64,000 nucleotides of DNA from Octopus vulgaris (lineage: Eukaryota). Of this stretch, positions 26,684 to 40,698 are shown one piece after another. Location of the stretch: contig OX597815.1 of the NCBI GenBank assembly GCA_951406725.2, forward strand, positions 123,008,001 to 123,072,000. The letters run 5' to 3'. A program made the position numbers and the translations under genes. How positions within the stretch are numbered: position 1 is the stretch's first letter; the number at the start of each line of letters is the position of its first letter. The notes under the pieces were generated by a model. It saw nothing but the letters and a program-made list of their open reading frames with translations. It was not told where the DNA came from and did not search any database.

Positions 26684-27627
26684 AATGCCTACACACAAAG
26701 TTGGGAACGTTAGATTGTGATCTATATAAAGGCCATTAATAAAACTGCTTTAATTAGTTAATTTTTTCGTTTGATTAAATAACTTAATGAAGCGTAAGCT
26801 ATGTTGGTTTTTGATACTAAAATTTTTATCATAAAATAAATACATAGCTTGTAGCCATTACTGCTTTTGTAAACGAATAAAAACAAATTAAATACAGTAT
26901 CAAAAAGATCATTAGCTATTTAATTCAATTTGTTCGGGATTTTTTTACCGATTTCTAAATTGTGTGTTGTTTTTATTTAACCCTAGGCTTAGTAGCCTAG
27001 CTGGGGAGTGGTGAGACGGTCCACCCTGGACGACGTTTTTACATAGCCGGCTCTTTTCAATCTGCAGTATAAGCTGGTGTACAAGTGAGAGCCTGGCGGC
27101 GGCATATTTGGTTGCTTTTTCGGGCGGCGTACACTTTCGTTGTGCCAGACAAGTTCGATTTTTAAATTTTATTTTTTTAATCAGAAGGAATGCAATACCC
27201 ATGACACGTTATACGGCTTTTGAAACCGGAGGAAGTTATCCTCAAACCGGAAACATGACCCGAATGCTTGCAACAGAGTAGACTCTGCTAAAGACACCCA
27301 ATGTGTCTGATGTTAGCCAATAGCAGGATTCGAACTAAGAACGCAAAGGGCTGGAACAACTACTACAAAGCATCTAACCCAATGTTCTTACAATCCACCG
27401 CCTTGGATAAGTACTTTTTTTATTGACTCCGACCATACCCTAGAAGGGATGTAAGGCAAAGTTAACCTCAGCGGAATTTGAATTCACAGAGTCGGAACGG
27501 AACATAAACTGCGAAGCATTTTATCTACCATTCTAACGAGTCCACCACTTCGCTATTCCTGGGCATCCCATCATGACTTGGGCCTTTGTAATGAAACAAA
27601 GTAATTAAACACATTCGGGTTATAATA

Positions 27628-27849
27628 TGGCAGAAACGTTAGCACGCCGGGCGAAATGCGTAGCCGTATTTCGTCTGCCGTTACGTTCTGAGTTCAAATT
27701 CCGCCGAGGTCGGCTTTGCCTTTCATCCTTTCGGGGTCAGTTAAATAAGTACCAGTTACGCACTGGGGTAGATATAATCGACTTAATCCGTTTGTCTGTC
27801 CTTGTTTGTCCTCTCTGTGTTTAGCCCCTTGTGGGTAGTAAAGAAATAA
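27628..27849 (+). mobile_element. Young family A SINE (Tx1-like tail)
   Basis: Near-identical to 37848-38078 and 61582-61810. Confidence 0.93.
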
Positions 27850-28367
27850 ATATTCATTCATTTATTTACTTATTTATTTGCTTACAAGTTATAAATTGTT
27901 GAAACTAGACCACTGAACTGAATTAAGACAACACTATATTAGCGAATTGAATAAATTAACGTTTGAGTATATGAATAGATTAAACAGTCTACAATTGAAT
28001 TATATTTGCGAACACTTTCAAAGGATATATATATATATATATTTATATTTATTTTTATATATATATATTATGAAGAAGTGAATAGGATAATTATCCCCTT
28101 ATACAGCACAACTAATTAGCGCTCTAGTTGAGCATCAGGAATATAATGTCAAGAAAGATAGTATGTACAGGACTGCGCACAATTGATAAATTTCATTTTG
28201 ATAATCTGCTTTCATTTTATGGCACGAAGGTATTAAACTTAATGCCGCTTTTAATACTAAACTTTGCCCTCAGTCATATAAAAATTAATTTTAAAACTCC
28301 CTAAATTAAGGATTTTAGTCTCTCACATATATCGGTGAAATATTAGAAATGTATGCATTTGTTTCTG

Positions 28368-28408
<41 letters not shown>

Positions 28409-28540
28409 TCACACACACACACAGGAGAGAGATGAGTGTTTCTGTATTTGCTTCTAAATGTGTGTGTGTGCGCGCGCTTATGTACATCAATATCACTATG
28501 AATTTCAATATCACTATATATATATACTCGAGAGTAAGTC

Positions 28541-29471
28541 TGAGGAAATCTAACCTGATACTGTCTATTATTGACTCTAGGCCAAAAATTGCTGATATGT
28601 GGAAAGGTTAAGTAAAGCGAAATGGCTCAAGCTAGAACCGAAACTGTGTCACAAGTAGCCAGTCATAGCGCTAAGTTGTCCTATATATATAAAACAGTAT
28701 TCTACTATTTTACTTGGAGAAATCCTACAGATGTAAACAACACCTCCGATATACCACTGTCTTATAGAAAACATTTATCTTAATATAATAACCACATACT
28801 GGTATAATAGTCACAGTGAACCAGTTCTTGCGAAGATCCTGCTGAAAACCATAACACTTAGATTTTCTCAGTCCGAACCGCAGCCTAATGTATCGACATA
28901 AAAGGATAAGTATTACCCTAAAAGTATTAACACCTACGTGAATATGGCTTAACCGATCAACACTGGTTGATTTATAATGGTTGACACGGCACACTTCAAA
29001 GGAACTATACGAGTTTTCCCGCCTAAAAGATTCGTCGATGATTCTAGAAGGGTAGCCTACAGTAATAGAAATTGGTAAATTCCAACTCAGGTCGGAGTTA
29101 CTCAGCTGTCTTGAGAAATCTGACACATGGTTCTGTCTTAGCACGTTGGTCTCTTCTCTTACTTTCCTTATGTAACTTGATTACGACGTAGAATCATGTT
29201 ACCACCAACCTTAACTTGTGATGTCGAGTAACGCATATTAATTATTTGTAGTGATTTAACTTCCTTGCACTACTTTCATAACATTATTTAGCAATGTGTA
29301 TTGTAAAAGATTCCTAACTGTTATATTCGTTGTACTTTATTACATTATTTATCAGATGTACGCTTGTAAATGTCGCTTGTAGATGTATATTAATAAATCT
29401 ACGCTTGTAGATGTATATTAATAAAATATTTGAAAACTAGTGTAAATTTTTGTGTGGTCATAGCTTTCACA
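28541..29471 (+). mobile_element. Possible solo-LTR-like element
   Basis: TG...CA ends (tgaggaaa / tttcaca), TATA-like motif ~28682, AATAAA ~29420, short internal tandem duplication. No TSD found. Confidence 0.3.
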
Positions 29472-30060
29472 CACAGCCTACCTAATTTTGTGAGCAACAA
29501 CTGAAGAATACATGACTAACCATCACACTGAACTTTGATTGCCTCGCTGGAACTCTGAGCAAAAATATACAAGAACGCTATCGGTTACAAATGCTTTTCA
29601 TAAAATGATCATGGTATATTACTGACCAATCACTAATCCAATATTTAAGGTATAAACAGACAAAATTGGAGATCTGTACTTCTAAATCACAAATTCAGTC
29701 AAATGTATACAGATAGGTTGAGCGAAACGTATACCTGGTAGCTAATCATAGTAACAGCCAGATCATCCCTCATATCACACCTGTCTTATGTATGTATGTA
29801 TGTATGTATGTATGTATGTATGTATGTATGTATGTATGTATGTATGTATGTATGTATGTATGTATGTATGTATGTGTGTGTGGGGGGGTCATTATTCAGT
29901 TTATTTCAAGATTTAGTGCGAATAGAGAAAAACCGGTTTCTAACCTAGATCCAAGGTTCCTTGATTGGAATTTCAACATCAACAACAGGGTATTTTTGCA
30001 TGTATGTATGTATGTATGTATGTATGTATGTATGTATGTATGTATGTATGTATGTATATA

Positions 30061-31332
30061 CAGGGGTTGGACAGAATAATGGGAACACCTAGCATCATAG
30101 CATCATAATTTTGAAATATCTATAAAACCGTCAAAAGCTCGATTATTTTTATGTTTTTTTATTTATTATTAGTGTTGCTTAATATGTTTTGCTAAAATTG
30201 CTGTTTCTTTTCAGATATCATCAGAAAAAAGTAATTAAAATTGATTTAAATGACAGATCTATCAGACTTTCAAAGAGATCGAATTGTTGGTGTCTCTATA
30301 GCAGGCGCTAGCGTAACGAAAACAGCCGAAATGCTTGGTGTATCAATAAGTACTGTCTCGAAAGTAATGACAGCCTTTGAGAAAGAGGGAAAAACCGCCT
30401 CGTCGAAACAAAACTCCAGAAGAAAGCCAAAACTTTCAGATAGGGACCGTCGGACTCTTACGTGAATTGTTAGAAAGAATCACAAAAGTACAGCTCCAAA
30501 ATTACTGCAGAGCTTAATGACCACCTCGAGAACCCACTTTCCACAAAAACTGTTCGCCGGGAGCTGCACAATGCCGGATTTCACGGGAGGGCTGCAACCA
30601 GAAAACCACTACTTTCAAAAACAAACGTTGCAAAGTGTTTAGAGTGGAATAAAAACCTACAGAATTGGTCCCTTGAGCAGTGGAAGAATATTATTTTCTC
30701 AGACGAGTCATCCTTTAACTTATTTCCGACCACCGGCCAAGTATACGTGTGGAGACAGCCAAAAGAAGCATTTGACCCAGACTGCCTTCTTTCAACTGTT
30801 AAACATGGAGGAGGATCTGTGATGACCGGGGGGTGGGGGCTATATCTTGGAAACCCACCGGCCCAATGGTTTCCCTTCATGGCAGACTTAATAGTCAAGA
30901 CTATTTAAGCATTTTATCTAATCAAATTCATCCTATGGTTGCGGAACTGTTTCCGGAGGGAAACGCAATCTTTCAGGATGATAATGCACTAATTTACATA
31001 GCTAAAGTTGTTACTGAATGGTACAAGGAACATTCTAGTGAAGCTGAACATCTTATCTGGCCACCATAGCCCAAGGTCTTAATATTATTGAACGTTTATG
31101 GTGCATTTCAGAAAAACAAGGAGTCGATATCCTCCACTACCATCACTACAAGAAGTGGAGACTGTTTAAGCTGGAGAATGAACAAAAATTCCTTTGGAAA
31201 CAATTCAAACTTTGTACGAGTCCATACTTCGTAGAATTCAAGCTGTAATTACTGTCAAAGACGGTCCTACCCCATATTGAAATAAATTTGTTTGAAATTA
31301 TAAGGTGTTTCCATTATTTTGTCCAACCCCTG
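30061..31332 (+). mobile_element. Full-length Tc1 DNA transposon
   Basis: TA-caggggttggacagaataatgggaacacct...aggtgtttccattattttgtccaacccctg-TA. Confidence 0.96.
30250..31280 (+). pseudogene. Tc1 DD34E transposase, disrupted
   Basis: MTDLSDFQRDRIVG (paired-like HTH), IFSDES, FQDDNA, LNIIE, GPTPY*; several stops and frameshifts. Confidence 0.93.
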
Positions 31333-33060
31333 TATATGTTCAGATTTTTATGTTTTGTTTTATGTATGTATTCTCATGCATATAATTGCATATCTAGACA
31401 TATTCATATATACTTAAATGATAAAGTTCTGAAGAGTTTTACAGATTTTTACAGTCCCAGTGATGGTTTGGATCTGTAGTCTTCAAATCAGCTTTCTCCT
31501 TTCTGCTTTTGAGAAGCCTAATTTCTCAAGATTGGTATTTAAGCAGTGTGTTATATATCCCAGGGCCCAAATAATTACAGCTATAAACCTGAACTTGTAA
31601 TCTGGATAGAGTAACTATAGATTTCTCAATAGTTCAGCGCAGGTATTTTCTTTTTCACTGATCTTTAGCTTTATGGTGCTTCTGCTAATTATTCTTAATG
31701 CTCAATATTACGCATCTCTCGTCTTGCAATACATCCTCTGAAAATCCAACTATTATACTTCACTGGTTGTTTTAGGCATGGTGTTCTAAGACTGATTAAC
31801 CAATGTGTCCTTCCGTTTGATGAACATTTTGCTGTTATTTCTAGCAATTCGAGTGGCCACTTAAACTCTCTCGTTCGTTCGTTATTGTGTTCTGTAGTAA
31901 AGAGTTGTGCTGTTGATAATACTGTTGATGTTTAGTCCCAGTTCAGCCATATCGAAAAGACATATCGTTTGTGATCCAGCTGTGACAATACCATTTTTGA
32001 TCTGCGTCCAGTAGCTGATTTATTCTCGAAGCTTGCCAATTAACTATCCAAAAGACTGCAAGCCTGTTTGGCAGAAGAATGAAATGTATTTTCAATATTT
32101 GATTTTAAAAATTATTTTTTACTATATTATAGTTATTTTTTATAGAATGCTGTAATATTTCTCTTTACTAATTCAGAGTTCTAATTATTTAATTTTTTTC
32201 TTAGGGCTAACAACTTTTCAAATATGTACAGACTAGCAACTACTTCGACACTAGGCTTGTGTTGGACGGCATTGTTTTACGGTTTAAATATGTTGCTGTT
32301 GCTAGACTTATTACTACTGCCAGAGCACAAGTGAGATAATGTTTTTATTACGTCATAATTTTTTTTAAATAGTCAGGTGGCGTTATGGCCTCAGAACCGT
32401 CTCTCTAATGTATCAGATGATTTAAACGAATACGATTTCAAAACAAATTATACATTTCCTGATTCTCTATTCATTTCCAACCATCTTACATTTTATAAAT
32501 AATTGTGGAATTTCTATGGCTACAACTGGTAAATTTATTATTACTTGTCAGCAGATTCATTGGAAGATTCACAATATAATTTTCACTTTGTAATTTATAA
32601 TGTAGAATGTATTTAATAAACTGGTTATTATACTTTTGAATATCTTACATTAAGTGTAGAAGCCGTATAGGTTAGAATAGTGAACAGTGATTGCCTTGAA
32701 GTAGTTACTCAGTTGAAAATTTCATCAAGACAGATTGAAAAATGGTGAGCAAATCACTTCACTCATGCTGGTAAGTCCTTAGTGAAGGTTTCAATGTCAC
32801 ATTTTTTCGTTTTCTATCGATGAAAATGACAAAGCTTTTATGTATAGACTAAATAAACTGATAGCTTCCGTGGTAAATTATTATAAATGTGTCAGCTGTC
32901 GTAGTTTAATAAATTTGATATTTTACTTTTATATTGGTTAAAATCAATTTGGATTTTGAGAGGAACAACATGACAGGTGTTACAAGATGCCTCCACGGAA
33001 ACATATTTATGTTCTGTTCTTTGTTCTAGTGTTGATCCCAAATTCATTTAATGAACGTAA

Positions 33061-34172
33061 TGTTACATCTGAAAGGAAGGTTATGATACTGGGCTATTGC
33101 TACTGTTGCTAATGAGATATCTATTTAACCCGTGAGACCATGGCTCTGTACGTGGAAAGAGTGTTTCAGTCTGTAGGGAATACGACCGTACGTAATGAGT
33201 TGGTGACAAATGTCTCCTTTTGAACGCTGCACGGTCGCCCCTAACAAAATAAGAAGCCAAATACATGATGTAAAATACAGTGCCAAAAGGAATAAATGGG
33301 GACGACAAACCGTTCTACTGTTTGAGAGAGAAGAAGACTTTATTTACAAAGTGTACAAAGAGAGAGTGTGTGGGTGCTAGCAAAGGTGTAGTGTCTGAAT
33401 GCGTGCGCATTCATGTTTGTGTCTGTGTGTTCGTGTGTACGACAGAAAGTGTATGCGTATAAAACAGAATACAGAGCATAAGATAAGTCTCTCAGCATAT
33501 TGAGTTAAGATGGAATTAGTTTATCAGTTCGTAAGTGAGGTACACGATAGCAAACCGTCCTGTAACAGGATGTTGGGGTCATGAGGCAGATTGCCGGTTG
33601 GGCACATGTCGTGCAGCGGTTTGTGACTTCAATGCCGTACCGAGTCTCTTGATACAGGAAGTTCTTTCAGGTAGACTGGAACTGTTTTACCTCGGTGAAA
33701 TACTCACAAACAGCGTGGAGCTTAAACCTGGACGATGTTGATGTGTACATGTTGTTGAAGGCGACGGAGAGTGAGACGACGTAGAGTTGAAGGACGACGA
33801 TGGTGATGACGGCAGCGGAGATGCAGAACACTATAGCTAGTGTAAGTTGGCGTCGTCATGGCTGGAGCAGGAGCATGGCTGGCTGGCTGGCTGGCTGGTC
33901 GTCTGTCGCTGGAACTGGAACATGGCTGAGTAGCTCGGTGGTCAGTGACTAGACCTTAGAAGGTCTAGAGCCAAAGACCTGGAATAGTGAATGCTGGCGC
34001 CTTATAAAGCCTGGGGTAGGTTCAAATGAAGCATCTTATCCGAAGGCCGGGATTGGTTGGCTTACACATTGGCGCGAAATAAGTCGAGAGAGACAAACTG
34101 CGCCAATGTCAACCAATCAGAGCAGTGGACACAACAGGGTCAAACTAGCCAAAGGTGGTTGTAATCTACCAC
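33061..34172 (-). mobile_element. LTR-like interspersed repeat
   Basis: Homologous (opposite strand) to 63540-63900; CCAAT boxes, tttataag, AATAAA, ends ...gatgtaaca. Confidence 0.55.
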
Positions 34173-34944
34173 GAGATTATTCCTAATATGTCTCTCAAAC
34201 AGTGAGGATATCAGTCACGTTATAAGCCTATGTTTGCAAAGCAGCATCTTATCCTACTGATAAGGCTTACATAGCGGACTGTCTCGGCTGTAGCAATTAC
34301 ATTTGAATGTACTGTCTGACAATATTGTTTGGGTACTTTTTTTTATCGGTGAACTCGTTCGTTTCTTTTCTTTTCCCCCACCCTCACCCCAACATGTCTG
34401 AACTTCCCTCTTTCTAAATCCCCACTTATTTCATGCCTTTAGCAGAGCGAACATCTGCAATGTCGTCCCACCTCTCAAAAATTAATTTTCAATGATTTCA
34501 TCTTACTCTTACAGATATCTTTGGAACAATGATGAGAGTGTCACCTTTATGTTCGCTTTCCAATATATACTCACGGTTAGAAAAAAAAGCATGAAATATT
34601 GATCTTTGTTATGAAAAAATCTTTAGAAAAACAAACACTTGATGATGCAACCAATTCGTAATGACTTGGACTGATTTACAAGGATAATGCATTCCAGATT
34701 TGAGATTTGCACTTCAGATTCAGTATTGTATGGTAGAATATACAGAAACTAAAGTAAATAATAGTGTAAAGACATGTAATCCAATGTTCTGTTGTTTCTG
34801 CCAATTTGCCGTCTTACACTGATATGTACTACACCCAACTGAAAAGTATAGCTGACACCTATAAGAGTAGATAACGTGACTGAGTGTGTTAAATTATAAG
34901 GCACAAAAAGAAAATGACTCTCCCCAGACACAATAGAATAAAAG

Positions 34945-35704
<760 letters not shown>

Positions 35705-35917
35705 ATTTACAATAGTTTTAGTGACCAATATTGGTGTAGCTAGGGTGTGTTCCACTCAGGGCAGCACTGAGTGTGCCGTCCCCACAACGTCAACCTCACA
35801 GATCTTAGCATATTCTTAGTTCGTAAAATTCATTCCTGTTAGTAAGCCACACTAGAAAATTGAATCAAAATCGGCATGTATTAACTTTACCTTAACTCCA
35901 TTGTACTCACATTGTAA

Positions 35918-36190
35918 AGGCACGTTGCGTAGCGGTTGGGTTGTTGTATTCGTGATCGTATGATCGTGGTTTCGATTTCCGGACTGAACGTAGTTTCCTT
36001 GGGCAAAACCCTTTATTTCATGTTGCTGCAGTCCGCTCAGCTATAAGTGAGTTACAGCAGTAGATAGGAAGTTAACCCTACGCCGGACCTTCGTCCCGTT
36101 CGAGGATGGAACGTTGTAATCTCAGTCACTTAAATGCCAAAGAAACCAAGTTGAAATCCGGCCTTATGACATCAAGGGCTCATGAAAGGT
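35918..36190 (+). mobile_element. Older family C-related SINE
   Basis: ggtttcgatttcc B box and ccttgggcaaaaccctttatttcatgttgc core. Confidence 0.65.
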
Positions 36191-36949
36191 TTAAATCTAA
36201 GTCTATTGTACACGAAATATATTTTGGAGTAAGATATTATAAAAGATGAATTTTGGTGATGGATTTTCCTTTGTTATTTTTAAATTTTAAAAATTTCTTA
36301 CTCCAGAAACATTTTCACTTTTAAAATGTTCTTGTTATTATTGTTGTTTAGCCCTCGGTCAGTCGCAATTGAATGAGCCTATGATCAAAGGCACATCAGC
36401 TTTGTATATCTAGGACTTACTTTTTAAGCCGGTAGGATGTAATTTGAAGGAATTTATCAACTATTTCAAGCAAGTCGAGCGACCATGTAGATGTTCTTTC
36501 GTGAACCTTCGGTCACATACGGAGACATAACAGAATATCTTATATTTTAGTCCGGAGGGAAGACATTGTCCATGATTTTTTATAGGGGCTACCGAAACTT
36601 AAGAGAGGGAGGAAGATATTCTCAAATCACAAACCTGGTCCAAAATCTTGCAACAGATGCCAGAATTTGGTGTTAAACAGGGCGCTAGATTAAGTCTATT
36701 ATCCAGTTAGTCCATGGAGAAATTTGAACTGGGCTACATATATCACAAGGTAGCTATTCCCACATTCTTATAGTTTTACCAATCTACCGTGATTTTTGTA
36801 TTCTATTATCGACCCCGAGATGAGGCGAAAGACAAATTTGACCACAACGGGATTTGATCACAGGGCGTAGAAAGTCAGAATAAATACAGCTAGTTTTTCT
36901 CTCAGACCGACGTTCTGACGATTCGGCCAATTCACTTTACATATAATAC

Positions 36950-37317
36950 TCTCTTTTACTCTTTTACTTGTTTCAGTCATTTGACTGCGGCCATGCTGGA
37001 GCACCACCTTTTAGTACTTATTCTATCGGTCTCTTTTTGCCGAACCGCTAAGTGACGGGGACCTAAACACACCAGCATCGGTTGTCAAGCAATGCTAGGG
37101 GGACAAACACAGACACACAAACACACACACATATACATATATATACATATATACGACAGGCTTCTTTCAGTTTCCGTCTACCAAATCCACTCACAAGGCA
37201 TTGGTCGGCCCGGGGCTATATCAGAAGACACTTGCCCAAGATGCCACACAGTGGGACTGAACCCGCAACCGTTTGGTTGGTTAGCAAGCTACTTACCACA
37301 CAGCCACTCCTGCGCCT
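36950..37317 (-). mobile_element. SINE family B, near full length
   Basis: Collinear with 18241-18637. Confidence 0.92.
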
Positions 37318-37802
37318 ATAAATGCAGTTTTATCTTTATTTTCATTTCTTTATTATGACTCAGAATTTTGTCGATGTGGTATCGAAGAGTTTATGATTTA
37401 GTTTTTAATTAATAATTTCAGAAGTCTAATTAAATGCTTCGTTCTCTTTTTTATAGATTGCAACCGTTTCTCGACCCGATCAGCCAATAATAATTTGTTT
37501 GATTAAAACAATATATTCGTGTAGTCGCCAATACTTTCCTCGAGTGGTCCATCTTTACAATATGTTTTACAACTGTCTACAGCACAATACAGCTGCAGCC
37601 TTGCCACTGCAGCTTTTACAGAGAAAGATTCAGCTTAACACTGTTGTCAGTCTTCCAGTAAAAAAAAAGTAAAATTTCCGTTAAATCATGAGATGATCTT
37701 AATGAGTCATTCACAGATTCAGTGATTCATGCGGTGAAAACACATACTAGGTTATAATAAATTTATTTCTCTGTTTGCTTTTTATTATTACTGATTAATT
37801 CA

Positions 37803-38248
37803 AGCGGTGAGCAGGCAGAATCATTAGCGCACCAGACTAAATGCTAAGCGGCGAGCTGGCAGAAACGTTAGCACGCCGGGCGAAATGCTTAGCCGTATTT
37901 CATCTGCCGTTACGTTCTGAGTTCAAATTCCGCCGAAGTCGACTTTGCCTTTCATCCTTTCGGGGTCGATCAATTAAGTACCAGTTACGCACTGGGGTTG
38001 ATGTATTAGACTTAATCCGTTTGTCTGTCCTTGTTTGTCCCCTCTGTGTTTAGCCCCTTGTGGGTAGTAAAGAAATAGGTATTTCTTCCAGCTTTCCATT
38101 TTGAGATAAAATTCCACCGAGATTGATTCTGTCGTTCATCCTCTCGGAGTCGATAAAATGAGAACCAGTAAAGTACTGGAGTTGATGAAATCGACTAGTC
38201 CTCTTCCCTGCAAATATCGGGCTTGGTGCCTATAGTAGAAAAGATTAT
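37803..38248 (+). mobile_element. Young family A SINE (37848-38078) nested in an older family A SINE
   Basis: Host head at 37803-37850 resumes at ggtatttc (38078) and ends cttggtgcctatagtagaaaagattatt. Confidence 0.9.
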
Positions 38249-38499
38249 TTTTAATTAATTCTAATTTTGACATAAACCCCAATGCTCAACTGGTACTTAT
38301 TCTATCGACCTAAAAAAGGCAAAGTTGACATAAGCAGTATTTTGAGATCAAAACGTAAACTGCAAGAATTGCTTCTAAGCATTTTTGTTAGACGCTCTCA
38401 CGATTCTGCCAACTCACGGCCTTTTTATTAAACTTTGACAGTTTATACGTTGGTTAAGCAGAACCTGTATGAGTGAAACTTAAGAGGATTTTAATTTTC

Positions 38500-39077
38500 A
38501 TTTAAAATTAATTTTGTTCAGCGTTTGAATGCACCTCTGGTAAGTGCATTGTTTTTCAGAAACAATCTCCGGTTTGTTGGCGTAAACCCCCTCTTTCAGG
38601 TATCTCCTTGAGAAAAAATCTGGACTAGTCAAGTCTGGAGAACGTGAAGGCCAGTTGACATTGCTGTAGCGGGAGATTATTCTCTCTCCAGAGCACTGCC
38701 ATAACAATTACATTGTTTCTCTTGCGGTGTGAATTTTTCATATGAGGATACCTGAATGAGAGGGTTTGCATCAACAAACCAGAGACCCTGGTGCAACTGA
38801 AGGAAGCATCAATAGAGAAATCCGAGAAGTGGGGTCTGAAATGCTGGAGGGTGTTATGGTGCAAGTTTTGGAAAGAGCACGGGCGTACGAAGCCGAAAAT
38901 GACTGCCATTTAAGCGATGTCAGTTTTCATATGATGTAGTGATGTTGCAAAATTTGACTTGTGCATATCAATTTCCATTATGTTCTTTATATTGTATTAA
39001 AATTTCATGCATTTATTTGTAAAGTTAAGGAAGTTATTAAAAATTGAAACCCATCAGTGGCTTTTGGGACACCCTGC
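38500..39077. mobile_element. Two opposite-orientation fragments of a Tc1/mariner-superfamily (maT/DD37D-DD41D-like) transposon
   Basis: Minus strand: NWPSRSPDLTSPDFF..YLKEGVYANKP. Plus strand: FF..GYLNERVCINKPETLVQLKEA...HL, then TIR-like cttttgggacaccctg. Confidence 0.8.
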
Positions 39078-39852
39078 ACATGGTAGCGCATCACATTACA
39101 AATGGGCTTTTATAGGAGTTGTCTTATAATGATGAAGCATTTTATTAGTAATCATTTCTATATTGTTGCTATTTTACACTGTCAACGCCAACAAAGCAGA
39201 CATACGATCAAAGGCATTTAAACTGTGTTCATCCCGTGTTTCCAGTGGCTTTTAACACAAGCATGGCTTTGTGGTAAAGAAGTTCGTTCTTCAAACTACA
39301 TAGATTTGAATTCTGACCCACTGCATGAGACTAACCACTTCTTGTGGTAAGTAAAGAAAGCATTATTTACTAAGTGATTTCGTTTGTTATTTATGTTGAT
39401 GTTATTTAAACCAAGTCAGCTCTAATCATGCAGACTTGGCCATTCCGTTTATATCATTAGGCATAAGATACTATGGATTAGGGACTCCATGAGAAATTTA
39501 GTAAGGTTAATCAAAGATTCTCTCAAAACTCAACAGGACTGTTAGTTTGTTTTATATGTACATATATATGTATGTGTATACACACACGAAGACTTTTGAA
39601 AATAACCGCACATATAATAGGTGGAACTACATACATTTTCGACCTCATGTTGATATCTTGCGTGTAGTTCTACAAATAATATCTTGCAAAGAGGATCACA
39701 CTGACGATCTACAGATAAGTTGTGTAAGTAAAATTACGTAATTGGGATCCCAAAAATCTTTTGGCCCAAGACCTCTTTTACATACATACATACATAAATA
39801 CATATATACATACATACATACATACATACATACATACATACATACATACATA

Positions 39853-40143
39853 CATGGTGGCTGCCCCCTCGTTATCGAGTATGGCCATTGCACGAAGCTT
39901 AATCAATGCTGTTATCGTGCAATGCCTGCACAAGAAGATTTTTTTTTAAAGTGAGGAAAGGCTGTGCACTGAGTCAATCCCACTCACTAAGCAACAGCAG
40001 CCATAATCCGAAAAGAACAAGTCAACATCATCGGTAACCACTGAGTCGCAGGTTTTATGTCGGAGTTATCCCAGTTACCTGAGTTACCTTCTCCTAGAAG
40101 GATGTCCTAACAAAGGCTAGGGGTCCGTCACTCCCAGTGGTTT
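39853..40143 (-). mobile_element. Second, 5'-truncated copy of the RTE-like non-autonomous element
   Basis: Reverse complement of ~1978-2366, lacking a ~100-bp segment; (ACAT)n tail to the left. Confidence 0.85.
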
Positions 40144-40165
40144 ATATATATATATATATATATAT

Positions 40166-40698
40166 AATTACTGATGTGCTCTCTCAACGAGATACCAAGC
40201 ATTGACCTTTCCATGGCTCTTTAAGCCGTTACCAGTTTCTGCTCTTCTCTCTTTGTGGTAGCCCATGTTTCACTACCATATAACATTGCAGGTAGAACTG
40301 TACTGTTGATGAGGTTGACGCGGGTGGTCCTGTCCAACCTTCCCTTGAGCACATCCCTTATGCCATTAAATGCCTTCCATCCGGCCCTTACTCTCCGTGA
40401 GATCTCCTTTTCGATATCTCGGCACATATTCACTTCCTGTCCCAGGTAAACATATTCCTTTACCTCCTCTATTTCATCACTGCCGATCACCATTCGACCT
40501 GTTGTTGTCGAGTGGTACCCGCGCGAGTGGAAACGACCACCCGGAAGACCTCCACGATGGTGGAGTTACGATTTCAGGAGGACGATTGGAATCACGTGGA
40601 TGAGAAAGGCGCGATCCAGAGAGGAGTGGACAGCGTGCTGTGACCAGCGGTGTCAAATGGACGCCTGACGGACTGGTCGGTCAAGGTGATCAAGGTGA
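40166..40698 (+). mobile_element. RTE-clade LINE 3' fragment with 5' inversion
   Basis: Minus strand 40166-40493: YVYLGQEV...VLPAMLYGSETW...RAMERSMLGISLREHI. Plus strand 40495-40698: VVEWYPREWKRPPGRPPRWW...*, with tail (caaggtgat)2. Confidence 0.92.

Larger units (their letters stand above)
29890..31670 (-). mobile_element. R4/Dong-type RLE LINE 3' end, split by Tc1
   Basis: 31410-31670 reads KISEKENTCAELLRNL*LLYPDYKFRFIAVIIWALG...GTVKICKTLQNFII*. The 3' UTR resumes left of the Tc1 and ends in (CATA)n. Confidence 0.75.

Noticed and set aside
26978-26990. TAACCCTAG as a telomerase RNA template
   Set aside because: No convincing pseudoknot with an A-rich strand, CR4/5 or H/ACA domain could be found downstream.
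29930-29975. Hammerhead-like stem-GAAAC-CGGT on the minus strand (also at ~19745-19785)
   Set aside because: The core reads CCAATCA/CCAACGA rather than CTGANGA; the essential U4 and G5 are missing in both copies.
32200-32500. Possible plus-strand small exons after polypyrimidine-AG sites
   Set aside because: Short frames with no recognisable motif and no consistent phase; expected by chance in AT-rich DNA.
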